Of a DNA stretch of 64,000 nt, positions 13,637 through 26,081 are shown piece by piece. The notes under the pieces were generated by a model. That model made no database searches and was not told the DNA's origin. It worked only from the letters and a program-made list of their open reading frames with translations. The stretch covers positions 10,478,001 through 10,542,000 of the forward strand of contig OX597826.1 of the NCBI GenBank assembly GCA_951406725.2, given 5' to 3'. Origin of the DNA: Octopus vulgaris. Lineage: Eukaryota. The position numbers and the translations under genes were made by a program. Positions within the stretch are counted from its first letter, which is position 1; each line of letters starts with the position of its first letter.

Positions 13637-14142
13637 TTGTTGTTTGTTCCTTCTCGAGCCATGCCTGGCTCATAAGGACCAGTTTCCTGGTTTCTTGGCG
13701 TATAGGTTCCCCACCTGGACGAGACCCCGGTCCATCGCAGGTGAGCTGCAAGATGCAGGAAGAAAGAGTGAGAGAAAGTTGTGGAAGAGTCAGCAGAAGT
13801 TCGCCATTACTTTCTGCCGGAGCCGCGTGGAGCTTAGGTGTTTGTTTGTTCCTTTTCGAGCTATGCCTGGCTCATAAGGGCTGGTTTCCCGGTTTCTTTG
13901 ATGTATAGGTTCCCCACCTGGACAGGACACCGGTCCGTTGCAGGTAAGCTGCAAGAGGAAAGAGTTAGAGAAAGTTGTGGCGGAAGAGTCAGCAGAAGTT
14001 CGCCATTACCTTCTGCCGGAGCCGCATGGAGCTTAGGTGTTTTCGCTCATAAACACACACATCGTCCGGTCTGAGATTCGAACCCGCGATCCCTCGACCG
14101 CGAGTCCGCTGCTCTAACCACTAGGCCATGTGCCTCCACAAT
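13637..14142 (-). mobile_element. SINE family C with a tandemly duplicated ~200-bp 3' body
   Basis: Head GTGGAGGCACATGGCCTAGTGGTTAGAGCAGCGGACTCGCGGTCGAGGGATCGCGGGTTCGAATC. Body repeated at ~13640-13840 and ~13843-14042. TSD ATAACATG. Confidence 0.8.
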
Positions 14143-14195
14143 ATAACATGGCCAAAATCCAATGATTAACCTTTTTGTTAACATATTTATGTGTT

Positions 14196-14613
14196 TACTC
14201 TCTCTTTTACTCTTTACTCTTTTACTTGTTTCAGTCATTTGACTGCGGCCATGCTGGGGCACCACCTTTAATCGAGCAACTCGACCCCGGCACTTATTCT
14301 TTTGTAAGCCCAGTACTTATTCTATCGGTCTCTTTTGCCGAACCGCTAAGTGACAGGGACATAAACACAGCAGCATCGGTTGTCAAGCAATGCTAGAAGG
14401 ACAAACACAGACACACACAAACACACACACGCATATATATATATATATACGACGGGCTTCTTTCAGTTTCCGTCTACCAAATCCACTCACAAGGCATTGG
14501 TCGGCCCGGGGCTATAGCAGAAGACACTTGCCCAAGATGCCACGCAGTGGGACTGAACCCGGAACCATGTGGTTGGTTAGCAAGCTACTTACCACACAGC
14601 CACTCCTGCGCCT
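14196..14613 (-). mobile_element. SINE family A, full length
   Basis: High similarity to 527-933. Confidence 0.85.
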
Positions 14614-14797
14614 GTTTGTTTCAATTAATTTTGAAAATAATGTAAGGGAGTAAAAATGTTCATAGTGTATGTAGGGACAATCACACTTATGCGATTACTA
14701 TGAACATTCTTACTCCCGTACCTTACTTAATGGTCAATTACACAGTAATTTTCCTTTGTTTTAACGATCATTTTCATAGCATATTTTTCAATGGCTC

Positions 14798-14858
14798 GGT
14801 AACTGAAGAGATGCCAGCGTGGGTTTCTGCCCCAACATCCGAAACTCAGAGTTTTATC
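14798..14858 (+). ncRNA. Minimal type-I hammerhead ribozyme motif
   Basis: Stem I GGTAA/TTATC, core CTGAAGA, stem II GATG..CATC, then GAAA-C-TCAGA-G-TT. Predicted cleavage after 14853. Confidence 0.6.
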
Positions 14859-15015
14859 ATGGCTACAGAATAACTGTCATATATTATATTTACAGATAGA
14901 TTCCTCTATTTACATAATATCGAGGTCTCTTTCATTCTTTTGTTGTCTTGCCATTTCTATCAATAATATATATATACACATACATCTACATATGTATATA
15001 CATATACACTTACAC

Positions 15016-15052
<37 letters not shown>

Positions 15053-15589
15053 CACATCTACATGCACACATACATACATACATACATACATACATACATA
15101 CATACAAGTATACATACATACATGTATATATGTATCTAAAAATCTATTAGCTGATCTTTTAACTTAAACTTCTCATATATACACACACACACACACATAT
15201 ATATATATAAATATATATATATATACACACATCTACATACACACATAAACACACACACACACACATACATACTTACACACACACATACATACACACACAC
15301 ACACACATACATACATACATACATGTATATATGTATCTAAAAATCTATTAGCTGATCTTTCACCTTAAACTTCTCTCACCTGCTTCACTGATACATTGAT
15401 AATAATCAACAACACTCACACACTCGTCTGTAATGTTTAACATAACGAGATACATCTTCATTCAATGTTCATTTCTTTGAATTGACTTCAAGAATATTAA
15501 AGATATAATGTCAACATACAAAAAAAAATTATAAAAATGCGCTCACAAGAATGACTCGTTAAGTATAAACTCTATTAACCTTTTGTTAG

Positions 15590-15742
15590 AAACACACTCC
15601 TGGATGCTGTAGCTTCATCTTCTTGGTGTTTTATTACACTGAAAGTATTGAGTCAAGATGTGATATTTTGCTGTTATGTTTGACATTAGAAGATGTGTGA
15701 ATGCTTACAGTGCTGAGTGCTGATGAATTACCTGTGCAACAG
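15590..15742 (+). other. Candidate exon (possible first coding exon, MLTVLSADELPVQQ from ATG 15701)
   Basis: Acceptor CTATTAACCTTTTGTTAG| and consensus donor CAG|GTAAGA in unique sequence. No homology recognised. Confidence 0.25.
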
Positions 15743-16036
15743 GTAAGAATGCAGGTGAAATGTTGAAAGATAAGTTAAAAGGCAATGGGCATTTAAGCTA
15801 ATTTGAGAGAGAAGGGAATGAGAAGTTGTTGTAATTGTTTGGTCAAGTATCAAACAATACAGGGAAATCTCTTTTATGCCTGCCAGTGGTTTTCCGTTTT
15901 CTTTCCTTGTTTCATCATCACAGATATGAAGTTTCATGTTTAATATTGTGTATATAGAATATAAAGACTTCTCTCCTTCTCTCTCTCTTTACTTATATGT
16001 GCACGCATGTGTGTATATATATATACATATATATCC

Positions 16037-16107
<71 letters not shown>

Positions 16108-16271
16108 TATATGTATATGTATATATATATACATACACACATGTACATCATCTTTAAAGAACTTTAATGAACTTTTATATGTTACTTAATTATCTACATT
16201 ATCTACTTAATTATCTACATTACTTCATAGTATAGCCTCAACCACTAGGATGTCTAGAGAACTCACATGTA

Positions 16272-16359
16272 TTTTAGCTGATGAGTACGGGACACGTTTA
16301 TATTGTATTTTTGCAACTTTTAATAAAACCTGTCCTTGTATGAAACGATTGTACTAAAA
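16272..16359 (+). ncRNA. Minimal type-I hammerhead ribozyme motif with long stem II
   Basis: Stem I TTTTAG/CTAAAA, core CTGATGA, stem II GTACGGGACA...TGTCCTTGTAT, then GAAA-C-GATT-G-TA. Predicted cleavage after 16353. Confidence 0.7.
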
Positions 16360-16532
16360 ACCTATCCATTCTTGTTGCTTCATTCTCGTTATAATCACCC
16401 CACATTACTGTATTGTTAAATCAGTATAGTTTTTTTTGGTGCATCTAAGTTGACATATTCAATAAATATATACACATATATATGTATATGTATATGTACA
16501 TATATGTATATGTATGTATATGTATATATATG

Positions 16533-16590
<58 letters not shown>

Positions 16591-16618
16591 CATGTATGTA
16601 TATACATATGTGTGTGTG

Positions 16619-16661
<43 letters not shown>

Positions 16662-16724
16662 ATCCCCCACACACATACACACTCACACACATACAGACGT
16701 GTGTATGTGTTTTTAGACAATGAT

Positions 16725-17177
16725 AAGGTGGCAAGCTGGCAGAATCATTAGCACACCAGGTGAAATGCTTAGCAGTATTTTGTCTGTCTTTATGTTCTGA
16801 GTTCAAATTCTGCCGAGGTCAACTTTTCCTTTCATCCTTTCAGGGTCAATAAAATAAGTACCAATTGAGTACTGAGGGTCGATGTAATTGTCTATACCCC
16901 TCCTCAAAATTTCATGCCTTGTGCCTATAATAGAAAGGATTATTATTATTATTATTATTATTATTATTGGCAAGCTAGCAGAATTGTCAGCATGCTGGAC
17001 AAAATGCTTAGTGGTATTTTGTTTGTCGCTGTGTTCTGAGTTCAAATTCCACCAGGGTCGGCTTTACCTTTCATCCTTTCGGGGTGGATAAAATAAGTAT
17101 CAGCTAAGTACTGGGGTCCGTGCAATTGACTATCCTCCTCCCCCAAAATTTCAGGCCTTGTGCCTGTAATAGAAAGG

Positions 17178-17231
<54 letters not shown>

Positions 17232-17268
17232 GGCAAGCTAGCAGAATTGTCAGCATGCCGGACAAAAT
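16725..17268 (+). mobile_element. Head-to-tail array of SINE family B (2 full copies + 1 start) with (ATT)n tails
   Basis: Repeated GGCAAGCT(G/A)GCAGAA...TAGAAAGGATTATTATT units. Confidence 0.8.
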
Positions 17269-17368
17269 GACACTGGGTTAAATTATACGAAGCCCAGTAT
17301 ACCCATCGTGACTACCTGTCTGATAAGGGTACACCAGGCACATGCATCACAACCATATGTGCACCACA

Positions 17369-17834
17369 TGGGGCTACAAACTACAGTAGCATCCACCCTT
17401 AGGGGTTAGCCATATTTAAATGGCAAATATACTTCACGATGTGCTGCAGCTACTGTTTATAACTCGCTCTGAGATTTATTATTGCTTGATTACACCTTTT
17501 CGATATCAGTGTCTTTATGATACAGGAAAAAGGATATGTATTTGCGAAGGGACCCTACTTTTCATCGACAACTGTGATTGTCACACACTGATGACGGGTC
17601 AATACCCAGAAACTCGAGTCTGTGTGTATCATAGGTTGAAGACGGGAAGGATGGCTTCCCTTTGCAAATACTGATAAGGCACAGAAAGTGTGTCAATAGC
17701 CAACTGGAGGAGGTTTCCTCCTGGGGCTACAAGCTACAGTAGCATCCACTCTTAGGGGTTAGCCATATTTAAATGGCAAATATACTTCACGATGTGTTGC
17801 AGCTACTGTTTATAACTCGCTCTGAGATTTATTA
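17369..17834 (+). mobile_element. Retrozyme/Penelope-like unit: 353-bp monomer with a 113-bp terminal direct repeat
   Basis: 17369-17481 is ~97% identical to 17722-17834. Contains an HHR and ends in (TA)n. Confidence 0.7.
17582..17626 (+). ncRNA. Minimal type-I hammerhead ribozyme motif
   Basis: CACACA-CTGATGA-C-GGGT-CAAT-ACCC-A-GAAA-C-TCGA-G-TC|TGTGTG. Palindromic CTCGAG stem III, GUC cleavage triplet, cut predicted after 17620. Confidence 0.75.
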
Positions 17835-18331
17835 CATATATATATATTTTTTTCTGTAGTTTCAGCTCAGAGCTGTGGCCATATGTATATGTGTGTGTGT
17901 CTGTGTGTATTTGTGTTTGTCTCACTCTACTGATTCACAGCTGATGTTGGTTTGTTCATGTCCTAAAACTTAGCAGTTTGGCAAGAAAGACCAACAGCAA
18001 AGGTACAGGACATAAAAATAAGTCCTGGGCGTGTGGGTGGCGATTTGATCAACTAAACCTTTCAAGGTGTTGCCCCAGCATGGCCATAAGATCAATGGCT
18101 GAAACAAAAGATAAATGGTAAAAGATACTTATGTGCATTGGCAGCTTTATGTATATGAATTGCCTGAAGACACAGAAGAACTTAGCAAGGTTGAAGAGCC
18201 ACTGTTGAAAGCATGATTCTAAGAGCTGTCAGTGATAGTCTTCCTAGGACTCAAGTTGACAGCCAAAAGGTGTATGTATACATACATACATATGTATGTA
18301 TGTATATATATGTATGTATATATGTATATAT

Positions 18332-18371
<40 letters not shown>

Positions 18372-18403
18372 GTATATGTATATGTATGTATATATATATA
18401 TGT

Positions 18404-18435
<32 letters not shown>

Positions 18436-18484
18436 GTATATATATGTATATGTATATATATGTATATATATATATATATGTATA

Positions 18485-18523
<39 letters not shown>

Positions 18524-18552
18524 TTATATATGTGTATATATATGTGTATATA

Positions 18553-18648
<96 letters not shown>

Positions 18649-19074
18649 GTCTCCAAACTGTTGATGATAGCTGATTCTTATCTCTGCTTTTATTGCTTGA
18701 AGTGGATAGAAGATGAATCACCCTCTGGGGAAGACATATTAGTCTATCACAAGTGACATTACTGGAAGATCAGCCACTTATTCCAGTCAATCATCAATAA
18801 CATACAAGTAATTATCCCTGCTTATTTGATAGGAGGCTGGGATTTCAAATTCCCAACTGGCAAGAGGGTTTCATCTTTTGATGAGTCCTCTGCATGATTG
18901 ATAAACTTGCTAGAAATAACCACCATATATTTTCCTCAAATCATACCATAATGTCTTCAGAAATGAGGACATTGGACAACTGAAGTAATTGAAAAAAAAG
19001 GTAGTTCTAAAATCTCTCTGAGAGATAAACACACACACAAACACACTCATATATATACGCATAGCCACTACACA

Positions 19075-19233
19075 CATTATTTTTCTCTCCTTGTTTTTTC
19101 TGTGTCCCTTTCTGTAGAAGAGCGTAGGCTCGAAACGTAAAAGACTTTTTCTATTCCTGAGCGTTGTACTAATACATCTGTTTGTTTTGTACACCACCTG
19201 TCTTCGTCTTTTGTTTTTTTCGTAAACTCTCCT
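19075..19233 (+). mobile_element. Penelope-like pseudo-LTR fragment with variant HHR-like motif (19108-19143)
   Basis: CTTT-CTGTAGA-A-GAGC-GTAG-GCTC-GAAA-CG-TA|AAAG, followed by a T-rich tail running into (TA)n. Confidence 0.5.
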
Positions 19234-19290
19234 ATATATATATATATATATATATACATATATATCTATATCTATCTATCTATCTATATA

Positions 19291-19412
<122 letters not shown>

Positions 19413-20021
19413 AAAGATAGAGTGATTGAAACAAATTTGGTTGTAAACACTGATTCAGAGCTGTCCTGGGGCTAAACAACAATCACAAACTCTTTCTCTC
19501 TCTCTCTCTCTCTCACCTGTTCAGAGACACACTTAAACCTCAACTATAAATTTGAACTAAAAATTCACTAGTTTGATTTATTATACACAAACACGTTTTA
19601 AACTTCCATGACCAATAGACTTTAACCTTAGTGACCCCGTAGTGGCCCGTGACTTTTAACCTTAACGAATTGTTCAGTCGCCACTAAATAAATGTTTCGT
19701 GTTCCTCTATTTGATCACTGAACCTGCTAGAAATAGCAGCCAACCTTCCATCATATTTTGTACACCTATTATTTTAGAAACAATAAGTTGATCATAACAG
19801 GAATACTCATGAAGAGCAACAGGTCAAGTCAGGCCATTTATGGTCAAATGTCACCCTAGATAGTGTCTGCCTGGAAATCTCAACTACTAGGAAGCATGAT
19901 CTTTTGATTTGTTTGTTGTGGTTATGGGCAAAGATCTGTATTGTATGCAAAGTTTGTCTTTCTTTACAAAGTGGGTGTGCATCCATGCAGATAACCACTT
20001 TTAATTTAAAACAAAAATTTC

Positions 20022-20274
20022 ATTCTGTTGTGTCTGGGGAGGGTCATTTTCTTTTTGTGCCTTATTATATAACACACTCACCGGTAAAATTTCCACTTTT
20101 TTTTCTTATTTTTATTGTCCTAAAATTTTCGTTGTCTTAACTATTGAAAAGGTTGCAAGATGCAACGAAAATTTTAGGACAATAGAAATAAGAAAAGAAT
20201 GTGGAAATTTTACCGGGGTGTTGTTAAATTATGAGGCACAAAAAGAAAATGACTCTCCCCTGACACAACAGAAT
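20022..20274. repeat. Foldback element (~112-bp inverted arms, ~28-nt loop)
   Basis: ATTCTGTTGTGTC...GTCCTAAAATTTTCGTTG pairs with CAACGAAAATTTTAGGAC...GACACAACAGAAT. Confidence 0.85.
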
Positions 20275-20522
20275 ATGCTGCAACACACGAACTCATATAA
20301 AGAATCTTGCAAACCAAATCCAAAAACAAAAATTTTATTTCAATTTCAAAAATCTTATGCACCATGTTTATTTTTGTTTCTGTGCTAGTTATTAGATGTG
20401 TGTGTGTGTGTGTGCGTGTGTGTGTTTGTGTGTGCGTGTGTGTGTGTGCATGTGCTCACCCACACATACAAGTGGACAGCTTGGAAGGAACATTGCTAGG
20501 AAAGTTAAGTGAAATGGCTTAA

Positions 20523-20743
20523 CCCTTTCATTACCGTATTTCTTTTGAGATGCTCTGTGTTTCTTTCAATTACTATAAATATAACAAAGAATTTAGTAAA
20601 ATAGCTTAATTATCATTAAGCTAGTGTTAGGAACATAAATTGTGACTAAGGTTTGGTGGAAGATTTAATTTCAAAACTTAAGAAAACAAGACATTTGTAC
20701 TACAGAGCCAGAGCCGGTTTCAGCCAGATTGGTAACGAAAGGG
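20523..20743. mobile_element. piggyBac-like MITE family 1
   Basis: TTAA|CCCTTTCATTACC...GGTAACGAAAGGG|TTAA. Confidence 0.85.
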
Positions 20744-20829
20744 TTAACCACAGATAAGGCTTCCAGTTCAAATATTGCTTTTGTGAGCTTCCACCAGCTT
20801 TTAACAATGCTTGAATATCACACACAAAT

Positions 20830-20872
<43 letters not shown>

Positions 20873-21157
20873 TGCATATGCTCATACATGCATGCCCACA
20901 CACACACACATACACCTATGTTAATAACTATACCTATGATGTTTATTTATATATGGCCCTCTTTCGATTATGGTGGCGATGTTCCAGTTGGTCCGATTAA
21001 CAGAACAGATCCCAGCCTGCTCGTGAAACCAACAGGCAAGTGACAGAGCACTTCTCAGACTCATGTACCCTTAACATTGTTCTGAGGGAGATACAGCGAG
21101 ATACAGAATGTGGCAAGGCTGGCCCCTTTCAAATACAGGTACAACTTATTTTTACCA

Positions 21158-21395
21158 AAAGCACCATCCGATCGTGGCCATTTGCCAGCCTCGTCTGGCA
21201 CCTGTGCTGGTGGCACGTAAAAAACACCCACTACACTCTCGGAGTGGTTGGCATTAGGAAGGGCATCCAGCTGTAGAAACACTGCCAGATCAGACTGGAG
21301 CCTGGTGCAGCCTTCTGGCTTCTCAGACCCCGGTCGAACCGTCCAACCCGTGCTAGCATGGAAAGCGGACGTTAAACAATGATGATGATGATGAT
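21158..21395 (+). mobile_element. RTE-LINE 3' UTR fragment with (GAT)n tail
   Basis: Homologous to 33679-34022, which overlaps the 3' UTR of the RTE remnant at 32596-33200. Confidence 0.7.
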
Positions 21396-21835
21396 GAATA
21401 GACTGGAGCAATGTGAAATAAAGTGTCTTGCTCAAAGGTACAACACACCACCAGGGTTCGAACTCACACCCTTATGACCATGAGCCAAATACCATAACCA
21501 CTAAGTCATGTGCTTTCACATTTACATATACTCTTTTACTTGTTTCAGTCATGAAATAAACATGTAAGGTATTGAGCACTCCACAGACACATGTGTCCTT
21601 ATTGTAGTTCTCAGGGAGTTTCAGCATGATACAGAATGTGACAAGGTGGGCCCTTTGAAACTCAGGCACCACTCATATTTGCCAGCTGAGTGGACTGGAG
21701 CAACATGAAATAAAGTATCTTGCTCAAGGAGACAATGTGCCACTGGAAATTGAACTCATGACCTTACAACCATGAGCTGAATACTCTGACCACTAAACCA
21801 CATACAAGCATGTCAAATAGAGCATTATTATTATG

Positions 21836-21871
<36 letters not shown>

Positions 21872-22778
21872 GAGTGAGAGAGCAGTGCATTGCCATCAAA
21901 GTGACACTGGGGTAAAATATACGGAGCCCAGTATACCCATCATGACTACCTACCTGTCTGATAAGGGTACACCAGGCACATGCATCACAACCATATGTGC
22001 GTGACATGGTGATCTCATATCAAGATTAACAGTGTATGACCTTGCAGGTGGGGCCCAATTAGAATTTTCTTCAGGTCGAGTAGCCCATCCCACTCAAAAG
22101 GTCCTTATTATTATTTGTGCAGTGGCTTTGCCTAATTGTTAAAGTGTTGGTTAAAATGTCTTTTAGTATTTGCTTCATCTCCTTACATTCTGAGTTCAAA
22201 TTCCACCAAGGTTGACTTTGCCTTTCATCCTTTGGGGTCTGATAAAATAAGTACCAGTTGATCACTGGTGTCAATGTAATCAATTTACCGCCTCCGCTGA
22301 AATTGCTGAACTTATGTCAAAATTTGAAGCCATTATTACTGGGACATTGCGTTCACCTAATTGTTAAAAATGTTGGTCAAAATGCTTTCCAGTTTTGCTC
22401 CAGCTTTTAATGTTCTGAGTTCAAATCCTGCCAAAGTCAATTTTGCTTTTCATCATTTCCAAGGTTGATAAAATAAAGTACCAGTCAGAATCATCAACTG
22501 GGGTTGATTTAATCAACTATGTCCTCACCTTGAAATTCCTGACCTTGTGTTTATGTTTTGAAACAAATCAATATTTCATGTCTGTGTCAAATCTTGGAAT
22601 CATTTCCTAAACCATCCAAACAACAAAATATTTGGTAATCAGAGATTGTTGTTTGTGAGAATACAGAAAAAAAAATTTCTTTTTTTTTTTTTGAAATATT
22701 GAAAATAGTTTTTAATACAATTGAGAAAAAATAAAATTCATGACAAAAATAGGAGTTGCAGCAAGAATGCTTAATTAA

Positions 22779-22998
22779 CCCTTTCGTTACCAACCCGGCT
22801 GAAACCGGTTCTGGCTCTGAGTACAAATGTTTTGATTTCATAAGTTTTTAATTAAAATCTTCTATGAAACCTTAGTCACAATTTATGTTCTTAACACTAG
22901 CTGAATAATAACTAAGTTATTTTACTAAATTCTTCGTTATATTTGAAGTAATTGAATGAAACACAGAGCATCTCAAAATAAATACAGTAACGAAAGGG
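22779..22998. mobile_element. piggyBac-like MITE family 1 (inverted)
   Basis: TTAA|CCCTTTCGTTACC...GTAACGAAAGGG|TTCA. Confidence 0.8.
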
Positions 22999-23029
22999 TT
23001 CAGCAGTAATTCCTAGTTTGTGTATCACC

Positions 23030-23060
<31 letters not shown>

Positions 23061-23622
23061 CCATCATTGCTGCCGCCACCACTACCACTACCATCATCCT
23101 CATCATCATCATCATCATCATCATCATTGTCATAACACCCACTTTTTTATGTTTGCATGGATCTGAAGGAATTCATTGAGGCAGACTTTCTGCTGCCGAT
23201 TGTCCTTCCTCCCTTCAACCCTCACTTGGCTTCAAGACAGGTAGTGCGTCCTCCGTGGCCTGACACATTTTCATGCAAGACTGGAAAAAAAGAACACCGT
23301 TTATATGAAGATGTTGCTTGTTTAGGTTTATCACATAAAATCAAGACAAAAAAAATCACACACACACACACATATATATACATATATACGACAGGCTTCT
23401 TTCAGTTTCCGTCTACCAAATCCACATATATGACAAACTTCAACTCAGTTTCCATCAACCAAATTGACTCACGAGATATTGATTACCCCATGGCTATGGT
23501 CGAAGACACAGTAGGACTGAACCCAAAACCCATATGGTAACAAACTGAACTTCTTGACCACACCAGCTAAAAACCTTCACTCACACAACGTGTTTCTAAA
23601 GGAAAATTTATGCTTTATTAAA

Positions 23623-23989
23623 TACTCTTTTACTTGTTTCAGTTATTTGACTATGGCCATGTTGGAGCACCACCTTTGGTCGACTTATTCTTTGTAAGCC
23701 TAGTACTTATTCTATCGGGCTCTTTTGCCGAACCGCTAAGTTACAGGGACGAAACACACCACCATCAGTTGTCAAGCGATGTTGGGGGGACAAACACAGA
23801 CACACAAACACACACACACACACACATATACATATATACGACAGGCTTCTTTCAGTTTCCGTCTACCAAATCCACTCACAAGGCTTTGGTCGGCTTGAGG
23901 CTATAACAGAAGACACTTGCTCAAGGTGCCACGCAGTGGGACCGAACCCGGAACCATGTGTTTCGTACTGCACAGCCACTCCTACGCCT
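23623..23989 (-). mobile_element. SINE family A
   Basis: Similar to 527-933 with small deletions. Confidence 0.8.
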
Positions 23990-24416
23990 ATGACAAATGT
24001 TTATATTTGTTTGTGTATGTTTATGTATTAAACACCGATTTGCTTCCCGTGGGCATAAATCGAGGGAATGGAACTCTTTTTTCTCCAAGATTTCCAATGG
24101 ATGGGATATGCATGAGTTCTTAATTGTTTGTAGCATTGGTGGTAGGGGTGGGAGGTCATCTTGGTAAATTCTTGAACAAGAATGTTAATGAATGTTATAT
24201 ATATTGTGTGTGTGTGTGTGTGTGTGATTAAAAGCAGCAAGGTGTGGATGGGTGGGTGGAGGTGATAAGTAAACGCCATAAAAGTTGGCTAGAATTCAAC
24301 TGCTCTTATATTTTATTATTCCTACAGAACTACTGAAAGTTAATAATCAATATTAATCTGGTCATAAAATGGTAACCGCACCAGAACCCATGTGGCCCAA
24401 TTCTTTGAAAAATCAG

Positions 24417-24470
<54 letters not shown>

Positions 24471-24534
24471 ACAATGTGTACATTTATCACATTTAGAGAT
24501 GTACACTATATATTCAGATTGGTATGTATGTATG

Positions 24535-24569
<35 letters not shown>

Positions 24570-24868
24570 ATACATTGTCATATATTAAATTGTTCCGCGC
24601 TCTCTCTTTACTTATTATGAGAGAAAGAGAAAGAGAGAGAGAGAGAGAGAGAACAATAAAAGAATAAAAAGATTGAGAGCGCGCGCGCACACACACACAC
24701 ATACACACGTGTAAACACACACACACAATATGAGCAAGGAAGAAACAGCGATAAAAGAAATATTGAACATATATACATACGTGTGTACATATGTAATGAA
24801 GGAGAGAGAGAGAGAGAGAGAGAGAGCAATAAAAAAATATATTGAATATAAATACAAACAAATAATAT

Positions 24869-24936
<68 letters not shown>

Positions 24937-25377
24937 TAAAAATGTGATTTAGAATTACTATCAAATTGAAAAATTTATACTTCTCTCTATGTGTATATAT
25001 AGATATAGAGGTGTGTGTGTGTGTAATATATATATATATATATATATATCTGTGCGCACACACACACATATATATATATATATACATACATACATACATA
25101 CACACACATACATTTATTCACGTGCGCACTTACACGTGTGTATACGGAAGAGAGCGCGCATGCACACACACACAAACACACATACACACACACCTATACT
25201 CTTATATATATATACATCCATTTACATATATTCTTATACATAATTATGTATATGAGAGAAAGAGAAACAGTAAAAGAATGGCGGGGGAGGGATGGGGAAA
25301 ACGACGGAGGGGGGGGGGGAGCGGTGTCTTCGCTTCACACACGGACACATGCACCCACGTATACCTACATTTGCATA

Positions 25378-25416
<39 letters not shown>

Positions 25417-26022
25417 ATATCTATATATATATATACATATATATATCAATACGCACGCACGCATATAGCATCGTTCCCCATCAACGCCACCGCCACCCTT
25501 ACCACCACCACCACCACCGTCGCCTCCTCCTCCGCTGGCATCACCATCGCCTTCTCCGCTCTCTTCTCTCCTGCTAAACCTCACGCCAAGCTGTTGTGCT
25601 AGCTTAGCAAATGTTGACCTACTAAAAAAGCCTGTAATATACTATGACTGATTGAAGATAACTAAAATCGTGTGCACTGTTGTAGATAGTTACATTCAGT
25701 ATGGTTTAGTTCCTGCTAGCAATAGTACACTTGACTCTGGCCTTGAACAGGCTCCTTCTAACTATCTCTTTATTCTCTCTCTTTCTATTTATCTCTCTCT
25801 CTCTCTCTTTGTTTATCTCTTTCTTTCCCTTTTTGTTTCTCTCTCTTTTCCCATTACCCTCTCTCCCTTTCTCTCTCTTTATCTTCATCTTCAGTTGCTG
25901 TTAGTAAAAGCCTCCTCATCACTTAAATCAATTACAGCTATACTGGTGCCAGAAGTTGTTATTCTTGCTGGCGATGAAAAACAATAATGTTAATAATATA
26001 CAATACACACAAAAATCGCAAG

Positions 26023-26081
<59 letters not shown>

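Noticed and set aside
14060-14142. tRNA gene
   Set aside because: Box A/B are present but there is no complete cloverleaf, and the sequence continues into a SINE body with TSDs.
14965-15362. 201-bp tandem duplication
   Set aside because: Mostly microsatellite with a ~55-bp unique part; consistent with ordinary slippage or an assembly effect.
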